Positions 25,515 through 32,000 of a stretch of 32,000 bases of DNA are shown here, one piece after another (position 1 is the stretch's first letter; each line of letters begins with the position of its first letter). The stretch lies in NCBI RefSeq assembly GCF_000009705.1, contig NC_003272.1:450001-482000 (forward strand). The letters are read 5' to 3'. Under the pieces are notes generated by a model. The model saw only the letters and a list, made by a program, of their open reading frames with translations. It ran no database searches and had not been told where the DNA came from. Origin of the DNA: Nostoc sp. PCC 7120 = FACHB-418 (GTDB lineage: Bacteria; Cyanobacteriota; Cyanobacteriia; Cyanobacteriales; Nostocaceae). The position numbers were made by a program, and so were the translations under genes.

Positions 25515-25599
25515 GCCACTGCGTTGGACGGGTTTCCCGGCTTGGAGCAAGTGGCGTTGGGCATTGCCCACCGGCTCATGGTTTTGGTGGGCAATGCCC
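25515..25599 (+). repeat. Composite repeat: a small dispersed hairpin (GCCACT/AGTGGC stem, 25515-25555) plus a 15-bp perfect inverted repeat TGGGCATTGCCCACC / GGTGGGCAATGCCCA (25557-25599)
   Basis: Read directly. It lies about 40 nt downstream of the PEP-CTERM gene stop and could also act as its terminator. Confidence 0.75.
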
Positions 25600-25639
25600 A
25601 CTCTACAGATTTAGTTTGATTGTGACATTTGCATACACC

Positions 25640-26902
25640 CTATCTAATTTCTAGTACCTTTTTAAACTTTGACAATAGCAAACAGACAAAACCAACCACT
25701 ATTAATGACAATGAATAAGTCGGTTCCGGTACAGACTGAGGATTTGGTACAGGCTCATAAGGCGACTGATTTATAGGAATACTACTGAGTAAATTTACAA
25801 GCTGCTCAATATTACTGGACAAACTATTATTATCTGTACCATTATCTCTCGCAAGAATAAGTCGGTTAAATGTTTGGGTTTCTTCTATCTCCAAATTGCC
25901 TGTTAACCCAATGAAATCTTGACCTATTCTTCCCACCACAGAGTTAATTATATTATCAATTCCATCTCTAGTCCCTTGGACAAAAAAATCTGAATTTTCA
26001 AAATTATTACCAAAACCAATATTTGTATTATCGCTATCTATTAGCCAGTTACCATTACCAACAACTGTGTTATTATTGGTAAAAATCCAGTTGCCATTAC
26101 CAAGAATTGTATTGTTAGTACCGAAGTCCCAGTTACCATTACCAATGGTTGTATTATCAGTACCGAAATACCAGTTACCATTACCTAAAGTTGCGTTATT
26201 ATTTCCACTATCTAAATACCAGTTACCATTACCAATTGTTGTATTATCACTGCCATAATGCCAGTTACCATTACCTAAAGTTGCGTTATTATTTCCACTA
26301 TCTAAATACCAGTTACCATTGCCAATGGTTCTATTATCACTACCAAAGTGCCAATTACCATTACCTAAAGTTGCGTTATTACTGCCATCATCCCAGTACC
26401 AGTTGCCATTACCAATGGTAGTGTTACTACTCCCGAAAAGCCAGTTACCGTTACCAACAGTTGTATTATTAGTGTTAAAATTCCAGTTGCCGTTACCGAT
26501 AGTGGCGTTGTCACTACCAAAATCAGAATTAAAATTACCAATAGTTGCGTTACTATTACCAAAGTTTCTATTACCATTACCAATAGGTGAATCGCCAATT
26601 ACAAAAGGATTACTACCCCCTGTAAATGGATTATTAGATTCATCACCGAGAATTAATTGCAAGCGGTCAAAAATTAATTTTTGAAGCTCAATTCCGCCAT
26701 CACCAGCAAAGGGATTGATACCATTTCCGGGAAGGTTGCTATTACTATTTTGTGTATTTTGGCTGATAATTCTGAATAGGTATTGAAAGGGTGATGTAGT
26801 GGGATATTCCCTTGGAGTGGCTTCGCCAACGCTCGGAGATAATTGTTGAGATGAATTATCACTACTAGAGCTATCAACTAAGTTAAAAATAGAATCTTCC
26901 AT
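25640..26902 (-). CDS. GNGNW-repeat (14/16-residue, beta-solenoid-like) protein with a C-terminal PEP-CTERM sorting signal and no N-terminal signal peptide
   Basis: 420 aa. Residues ~107-307 form about 14 repeats of x-G-N-G-N-W-x-(F/L)-(G/D)-x-x-N-x-T, with 11 exact GNGNW. The C-terminus is VPEP-TYSLSLIVVGFVCLLLS-KFKK (PEP motif, TM helix, basic tail). The N-terminus is polar (MEDSIFNLVDSSSSDNSSQQ). Confidence 0.75.
   Translation of the reverse strand: MEDSIFNLVDSSSSDNSSQQLSPSVGEATPREYPTTSPFQYLFRIISQNTQNSNSNLPGNGINPFAGDGGIELQKLIFDRLQLILGDESNNPFTGGSNPFVIGDSPIGNGNRNFGNSNATIGNFNSDFGSDNATIGNGNWNFNTNNTTVGNGNWLFGSSNTTIGNGNWYWDDGSNNATLGNGNWHFGSDNRTIGNGNWYLDSGNNNATLGNGNWHYGSDNTTIGNGNWYLDSGNNNATLGNGNWYFGTDNTTIGNGNWDFGTNNTILGNGNWIFTNNNTVVGNGNWLIDSDNTNIGFGNNFENSDFFVQGTRDGIDNIINSVVGRIGQDFIGLTGNLEIEETQTFNRLILARDNGTDNNSLSSNIEQLVNLLSSIPINQSPYEPVPNPQSVPEPTYSLSLIVVGFVCLLLSKFKKVLEIR
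25982..26584. repeat. In-frame tandem repeat array (42/48-bp units; 90-bp super-repeat near-identical at 26171-26230 and 26261-26320)
   Basis: The string ccagttaccattacctaaagttgcgttattatttccactatctaaataccagttaccatt occurs twice exactly, 90 bp apart. Flanking units are more diverged. Confidence 0.85.
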
Positions 26903-27035
26903 TAGAAATATTCTCTTATTTTTAATTTCAACATTTACGGAAAAATACAGATGAACACAGATATCTTTTTGCTGTTATTCTGCGTCCATCTATAAAGTTT
27001 TTTTGGATAAGTTTAATAATTGCTACTACTAAAGA

Positions 27036-27803
27036 CTAGGCAAAGGGATTGCTACCGCCCGCGAAAGGATTTTCTCCACCTGCGAAAGGATTGCTACCGC
27101 CTGCAAAAGGATTGCTACCGCCCGCAAAAGGATTGCTACCGCCCGCAAAGGGATTGCTACCACCTGCAAAAGGATTGCTACCGCCTGCAAAAGGATTGCT
27201 ACCGCCTGCAAAAGGATTGCTACCGCCTGCGAAAGGATTGCTACCGCCTGCGAAAGGATTTTCTCCACCGCCTGCGAAGGGATTGCTACCGCCTGCAAAG
27301 GGATTACCACCACCGGTTAAGGGATTGCTACCGCCTGCGAAGGGATTTTCACCACCGCCTGCGAAAGGATTGCTACCGCCTGCAAAGGGATTGCTACCGC
27401 CTGCGAAAGGATTGCTACCGCCTGTTAAGGGGTCGCTACCACCTGCAAAAGGATTGCTACCGCCTGCAAAGGGATTACCACCACCGGTTAAGGGGTCACT
27501 GTTATTACCCTGATTGATAGCAGTCCAAGGGTTAACGCCACCAGTCAATGGACTAGCGGGAGCATTGGGATTGCCAAAGTTAGAGAAAGGATTACCGCCG
27601 GCTGGTGCGCCACCGCCAGTTGGTGCGCCACTACCACCGAATGGGTTGTTACCGCTACCACCAACAGCTCTACCAAAAGCCTGGATGATTGTTTCTTCGG
27701 TGACACCTGGGATATTTAATAAAGCACCAAAAGGTGATTGTCGAAGTAAACTACCGAGTTCGTTAGTAGAGGAATTACCACCACTATTATTTGAATCAGG
27801 CAT
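27036..27803 (-). CDS. Low-complexity protein with 22 tandem GGSNPFA-type heptads running to the C-terminus
   Basis: ATG at 27803 with GGAGG (27814-27818) 10 nt upstream. The ~100-aa non-repeat N-terminal region (MPDSNNSGGNSSTNELGSLLRQSPFGALLNIPGVTEETIIQAFGRAVGG...) has no signal peptide or TM segment. It is followed by heptads GG(S/G/E)(N/D)P(F/L)(A/T). Confidence 0.7.
   Translation of the reverse strand: MPDSNNSGGNSSTNELGSLLRQSPFGALLNIPGVTEETIIQAFGRAVGGSGNNPFGGSGAPTGGGAPAGGNPFSNFGNPNAPASPLTGGVNPWTAINQGNNSDPLTGGGNPFAGGSNPFAGGSDPLTGGSNPFAGGSNPFAGGSNPFAGGGENPFAGGSNPLTGGGNPFAGGSNPFAGGGENPFAGGSNPFAGGSNPFAGGSNPFAGGSNPFAGGSNPFAGGSNPFAGGSNPFAGGSNPFAGGENPFAGGSNPFA
27039..27497. repeat. 21-bp tandem repeat array (about 22 units, some 24 bp), in frame with the CDS
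   Basis: Units such as ggattgctaccgcctgcaaaa are repeated nearly perfectly. Four of the six reading frames stay open across the array (see the ORF track). Confidence 0.9.
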
Positions 27804-28300
27804 GAGAAAACATCCTCCTAGAGTTCGGATCAAAGTTTTGTGAGTTATGAAAATTTAGTAGGCAAAATCCAACTAATACCAATTCGCAATTCGCAATTGA
27901 GAAATCCTGACTTGACAAGGGTTTTTGGATTTGAATCTGTTTCAAGATTTTCGTGAATTGGTATAAGTTACAGACTCATCTTGTGTTTTTTCTTGCCAAA
28001 GCTTGATACTGTCCTATTAGGTTTATTAAGTTTTGACAGCTATATTTATTAGCTTGATAATCAATAACTTTTGCCTAATTAATCAAGCTCTTCAATGATT
28101 AACCATTATTAATGTATGTATTTTTCTTGAATTAAGCAATGAATAATATTTAGTTTTATTACTTTATGAATATCCTATTTTTAGGGAATTAAAAATGATT
28201 ATCTATGTACATGAATTAGCGCATAATTGTTCAGTATAAATCATGCGCTGATATGTCCCTCTATCCTTTTGAGGTTCAAAATTAATTGATTAACTTACCG

Positions 28301-29365
28301 CTAAATAACACTAGCTAAAACAGGTTGAGGCCAGCGTCCAACTACTTTACCAATGACTGACATTTCTTGAGCTAATCGGTCAAATCTCTCGAAAGTTAAA
28401 GATTGGGGACCATCAGATAAAGCTCTGGCAGGATTGGGATGAACTTCTATCATTAAAGCATCTGTACCGGCTGCGATCGCAGCTGCTGCCATTGGTGGCA
28501 CATATTCAGATTTACCTGTACCATGACTAGGGTCTATCATAATGGGTAAATGAGTGAGCGATCGCAATACGGGAATCACAGATAAATCCAAGGTATTCCG
28601 CGCATATTTACTATCAAAAGTTCTAATTCCCCGTTCACACAAAATCACGTTAGAATTGCCCGAAGCCATGATATATTCAGCAGCCATTAACCACTCGTCA
28701 ATAGTTGCAGCCATCCCCCGCTTGAGTAGCACTGGTTTATCTTGAGCGCCGACTTTTTTCAACAAGGCGAAGTTCTGCATATTCCGCGCACCGACTTGAA
28801 TCACATCGGCTACCCTTGCCACGGCTGCTAAGTCGGCAGTATCCATAACTTCAGTGATGATACCTAAACCTGTCGCCTCACGCGCCGCCGCTAACAAACC
28901 TAATGCACTTTCGCCATGTCCTTGGAAAGCATAGGGAGAAGTCCGGGGTTTATAGGCTCCACCTCTGAGAAACTTAGCGCCAGCTGCTTTTACACACTTG
29001 GCTGTCTCCACAATCATTTCCTCATTCTCCACGGAACAAGGCCCAGCCACTACAACTATTGGATGATGTTCACCAAAGTAAACACGCTCGTTTGGTGTAT
29101 TGACAATTACCTCGCTGGCTTCTCCATAACGAAATTCTCGACTCACCCGCTTGAAAGGTTTCTGCACTCGCATGACTTGTTGAATCCAAGGGCTGAACTC
29201 TTGAATCTGCAATGTGTCGATAGTGGCGGTGTCACCGATGATTCCCAGAATCACTTTATGTTTGCCGATGCTCTTTTCTACTTTGACTTCCCAAACTTCA
29301 CTTAGACCTTCGCTGATGCGAGTAATTTCTTCAGCAGGTGTACCATTTTTAAGTATGACAATCAT
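28301..29365 (-). CDS. aroG: 3-deoxy-7-phosphoheptulonate (DAHP) synthase, type I-beta, with an N-terminal ferredoxin-like regulatory domain
   Basis: ATG at 29365 (MIVILKNGTPAEEI...). Catalytic core motifs are VVAGPCSVENEE, GGAYKPRTSPYAFQGHG and IDPSHGTG. Track ORF 29407 adds 14 aa that overlap trpD. Confidence 0.85.
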   Translation of the reverse strand: MIVILKNGTPAEEITRISEGLSEVWEVKVEKSIGKHKVILGIIGDTATIDTLQIQEFSPWIQQVMRVQKPFKRVSREFRYGEASEVIVNTPNERVYFGEHHPIVVVAGPCSVENEEMIVETAKCVKAAGAKFLRGGAYKPRTSPYAFQGHGESALGLLAAAREATGLGIITEVMDTADLAAVARVADVIQVGARNMQNFALLKKVGAQDKPVLLKRGMAATIDEWLMAAEYIMASGNSNVILCERGIRTFDSKYARNTLDLSVIPVLRSLTHLPIMIDPSHGTGKSEYVPPMAAAAIAAGTDALMIEVHPNPARALSDGPQSLTFERFDRLAQEMSVIGKVVGRWPQPVLASVI

Positions 29366-29387
29366 TGTTGTTACCTTGTATATGTGT

Positions 29388-30482
29388 TTAGCGTAGAAAT
29401 TCAGCAAGTTGTTCTAACTTTGTCCAAGCCGCGCCACTTTGCAGCACTTCTCTGGCAATAGCTATACCTTTGACACAACCTTCTACAATATCTGTCGTGG
29501 TAATCGCCTCACCAACTTGCAATGCTAAGGCTGTATTTAAAGCGACTACATCTTGTTGGGCTTGAGTCCCTTTACCTTGGAGGATTGCCTTCAAAATTTC
29601 GGCATTTTCCGCCACATCTCCACCGCGTAATACTTCAGTTGGGGCGTGATTTAAGCCTAGTTCTTGAGGATTAAGTGCAAGACAACTGACTTTTCCATCT
29701 TGGAGTATGGCTAAATCGGTCACATCTGCTAGTCCAGCCTCATCTAAGCGTTCCCTTCCGTGGAGAGCGATCGCTTTTCGACATCCCAAATGAGATAATG
29801 CTAGGGCGATCTCTTCGATTAATAAAGGGTCATTTACACCAATAATCTGTCCAGTGGGACGCAGGGGATTAACTAAAGGCCCCAACAAATTAAAAATAGT
29901 CCGCACCTTCAGAGTTTTGCGTAAAGTCGCCACTGTCTTCAGTGCTGGATGCCAACCAGGGGCGAATAAAAAGGTAATTCCCACCTCACTTACTGCGGCT
30001 TGTACCTTATCTGCATTGGCATTGAGATTAATTCCCAAAGCTTCCAACACATCAGCCGAACCAGTCTTGCTAGAAGCAGAACGATTCCCATGTTTGGCAA
30101 CTTTTACCCCGGCTGCCGCAGCCACAAAAGCCACAGCAGTGGAGATATTGAAAGTAGATGCACCATCACCACCAGTTCCGCAAGTATCAATAAGGGGAGT
30201 GGGGAATGGGGAATGAGGAGGGGAGTAAGAGGACTGGGATTGCAGAACCCTGGCCATGCCCACTAACTCTTCAGATGATACGCCTTTAGCTTGGATTGCG
30301 GCTAAGATTGCGCCTGAGAGGACTGGGGGAATGGTATCTGTGAGCCAGCCTTGCATTAAATCTGTCGCTTGGGCAACTGTTAAGGATTGGCGTTTGAGCA
30401 ATTGTTGGAGTATGGCTGACCAGTCGTTGGAGTCGGGAGTAACTGAGATGTTATCAAGTGGAGTTTGAGTTACAGCTACCAT
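29388..30482 (-). CDS. trpD: Anthranilate phosphoribosyltransferase
   Basis: [39 protein letters not shown] and the other canonical TrpD motifs. Confidence 0.92.
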   Translation of the reverse strand: MVAVTQTPLDNISVTPDSNDWSAILQQLLKRQSLTVAQATDLMQGWLTDTIPPVLSGAILAAIQAKGVSSEELVGMARVLQSQSSYSPPHSPFPTPLIDTCGTGGDGASTFNISTAVAFVAAAAGVKVAKHGNRSASSKTGSADVLEALGINLNANADKVQAAVSEVGITFLFAPGWHPALKTVATLRKTLKVRTIFNLLGPLVNPLRPTGQIIGVNDPLLIEEIALALSHLGCRKAIALHGRERLDEAGLADVTDLAILQDGKVSCLALNPQELGLNHAPTEVLRGGDVAENAEILKAILQGKGTQAQQDVVALNTALALQVGEAITTTDIVEGCVKGIAIAREVLQSGAAWTKLEQLAEFLR

Positions 30483-30494
30483 ATTAGTTAATGG

Positions 30495-31724
30495 TTAATA
30501 ATTAAGGACTTTGGCGACGGTTTGCACATCTTTATCACCTCTGCCAGAACAGTTGATGACAATGCGAGGGCTACCATTGAGTTGGGGACAGAGAGTTTCT
30601 AGGTAAGCGATCGCATGAGATGTTTCTAATGCGGGTATAATCCCTTCTAGTCGGGAGAGTTGTTGAAATCCATCTAAAGCTTGTTTATCAGTCACGCTGT
30701 AATATTCAGCGCGTCTTATATCTTTCAAATAACTATGCTCAGGCCCTACACCCGGATAGTCTAGTCCAGCACTAATTGAGTGAGCTTCAATGACTTGACC
30801 ATCCTCATCTTGCAATAAGTAACTCATTGCACCATGCAAAACTCCAACTCTACCTAGTGTCAAGGTGGCAGCGTGTTTATCTGTGTCTACACCTTCGCCG
30901 GCGGCTTCCACACCAATCAGACGGATGGAAGGCTCATCTATAAACTCGTGGAACAAGCCAATGGCATTGGAACCACCACCCACACAAGCCAGTAGAATAT
31001 CTGGGAGTCCTCCCCATTTTTCTTGACACTGGACGCGGGTTTCTTTACCGATAATGGCGTGGAAGTCGCGGACAATCATCGGGTAGGGATGGGGGCCAGC
31101 CACAGAACCAAGGATGTAATGTGTGGTTTCTACATTTGTTACCCAATCTCGAATTGCTTCTGATGTTGCATCTTTGAGGGTTCCTGTACCCGCTTCCACT
31201 GGGCGAACTTCCGCCCCCATCAACTTCATGCGGAAAACATTTAGGGCTTGTCGTTCCATATCGTGGATGCCCATGTAAATCACACAATCCAACCCAAAAC
31301 GCGCACATACAGTTGCAGTTGCTACACCGTGTTGACCTGCCCCTGTTTCGGCAATGACACGCTGTTTACCTATGCGTTTGGCGAGTAATACTTGAGCCAA
31401 AGCGTTATTAATTTTGTGTGCGCCTGTATGATTTAAATCTTCACGCTTTAAGTAAATTTGCGCACCAGTTCCGTCTGGTCTGGCGTAATATTCTGTTAGG
31501 CGTTCAGCAAAGTACAATGGGCTAGGTCTGCCTACATAATCACGCAGTAAGTTTTGTAATTCGGTTTGATAGCTGGCATCGTCACGGTATTTTTGATAAG
31601 CGGTTTCTAATTCGCCTAAAGCTGGCATCAGGGTTTCAGGTACATACTTACCGCCGAATTTACCGAATCTGCCTAGTGCATCTGGGCGTGCAAGTTGGTT
31701 TTTAATTTCTGGAGTGCTTACCAC
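30495..31724 (-). CDS. trpB: Tryptophan synthase beta subunit
   Basis: [15 protein letters not shown] (PLP lysine), GGGSNAIG and the overall TrpB pattern. There is a 12-nt gap to trpD. Confidence 0.95.
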   Translation of the reverse strand: MVSTPEIKNQLARPDALGRFGKFGGKYVPETLMPALGELETAYQKYRDDASYQTELQNLLRDYVGRPSPLYFAERLTEYYARPDGTGAQIYLKREDLNHTGAHKINNALAQVLLAKRIGKQRVIAETGAGQHGVATATVCARFGLDCVIYMGIHDMERQALNVFRMKLMGAEVRPVEAGTGTLKDATSEAIRDWVTNVETTHYILGSVAGPHPYPMIVRDFHAIIGKETRVQCQEKWGGLPDILLACVGGGSNAIGLFHEFIDEPSIRLIGVEAAGEGVDTDKHAATLTLGRVGVLHGAMSYLLQDEDGQVIEAHSISAGLDYPGVGPEHSYLKDIRRAEYYSVTDKQALDGFQQLSRLEGIIPALETSHAIAYLETLCPQLNGSPRIVINCSGRGDKDVQTVAKVLNY

Positions 31725-31777
31725 TGGTTAAAGTCCTTTTACATGATGATGATTTTTCACGCAGAGATGGGGAGAGT

Positions 31778-32000
31778 CTAAACTCTAGCCTCTACACGGG
31801 TAATAGCTGTCTTGAGTTCTTGGCAGAGTTTTTCTACCGCTTGTAATCCTTGGCTTGGGCTACCTTCTGCGAGGCGTTTGACAAAAGCACTACCAACGAT
31901 GACCGCATCTGCACCCCATTCTTTAACTTGACGGGCTTGTTCTGGTGCGGAGATACCAAAGCCTACGCCGATGGGTTTATCTGTGACGTGGCGTAAGTCG
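31778..32000 (-). CDS. trpA: Tryptophan synthase alpha subunit, C-terminal 74 codons (the gene continues beyond the right edge)
   Basis: The reverse complement reads ..[78 protein letters not shown]...VIVGSA is the TrpA C-terminal signature. It is absent from the ORF track because the start is outside the window. Confidence 0.8.
   Translation of the reverse strand, partial: DLRHVTDKPIGVGFGISAPEQARQVKEWGADAVIVGSAFVKRLAEGSPSQGLQAVEKLCQELKTAITRVEARV

Noticed and set aside
26067-26877. Alternative-frame ORFs (63-121 aa) inside the GNGNW gene
   Set aside because: They are repeat-induced open frames without starts outside the array. The 420-aa frame has unique N- and C-terminal domains, including a PEP-CTERM signal.
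25982-27497. Could the two tandem arrays be CRISPR arrays?
   Set aside because: The units are directly adjacent (21 bp, or 42/48 bp) with no unique spacers. They are in frame with long ORFs, and no cas genes are nearby.
27020-27517. Alternative long ORFs through the 21-bp array: KDCYRLQ and PPAKGLL frames (+), and the AVAILLQ frame (-)
   Set aside because: Any in-frame 21-bp tandem repeat without stop codons keeps several frames open. Only the GGSNPFA frame has a unique N-terminal region, a canonical ATG and a strong SD. The others start inside the repeat.
24748-28472. A 3.7-kb stretch without any HIP1 (GCGATCGC) site, covering both repeat-protein genes, as evidence of foreign origin
   Set aside because: By eye, other HIP1-free gaps of 2.4-2.65 kb occur over clearly native genes, for example 10.5-13.15 kb. 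With about one site per 1.1 kb the excess is marginal. I treat it as weak context only.

Overview
This 32-kb window looks like chromosome from a heterocystous cyanobacterium of the Nostoc/Anabaena type. The evidence is about 29 HIP1 octamers (GCGATCGC), STRR-style heptamer arrays, nested hairpin repeats and the gene content. No rRNA, tRNA or CRISPR array was seen.

Positions 1-19.3 kb form a hydroxamate-siderophore island:
- A fhuC-fhuD-fhuB uptake ABC transporter.
- A seven-gene, translationally coupled rhbABCDEF-like (schizokinen/rhizobactin-type, NRPS-independent) biosynthesis operon with an embedded MFS transporter.
- A divergently transcribed TonB-dependent receptor.

From memory, and unverified here, this layout matches the all0387-alr0397 schizokinen region of Anabaena sp. 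PCC 7120.

Positions 19.3-22.3 kb are an AT-rich accessory islet. It holds a UPF0175 antitoxin whose partner toxin seems reduced to a 7-codon stub, a 280-aa orphan with a PD-(D/E)xK-like motif, and small ORFs.

Next come clpS with a small conserved gene, then a secreted FAD-dependent oxidoreductase.

The most unusual content follows: two adjacent genes for extreme tandem-repeat proteins.
- One has 22 GGSNPFA heptads.
- The other has GNGNW 14/16-residue repeats and ends in a PEP-CTERM anchor.
- Both lack signal peptides and share NPF-GG motifs.

The right end is aroG-trpD-trpB-trpA on the minus strand, in the same order as the aromatic-supply genes of scytonemin clusters.

Several families of structured small repeats are scattered through the window, some inside the siderophore operon and even inside ORFs.
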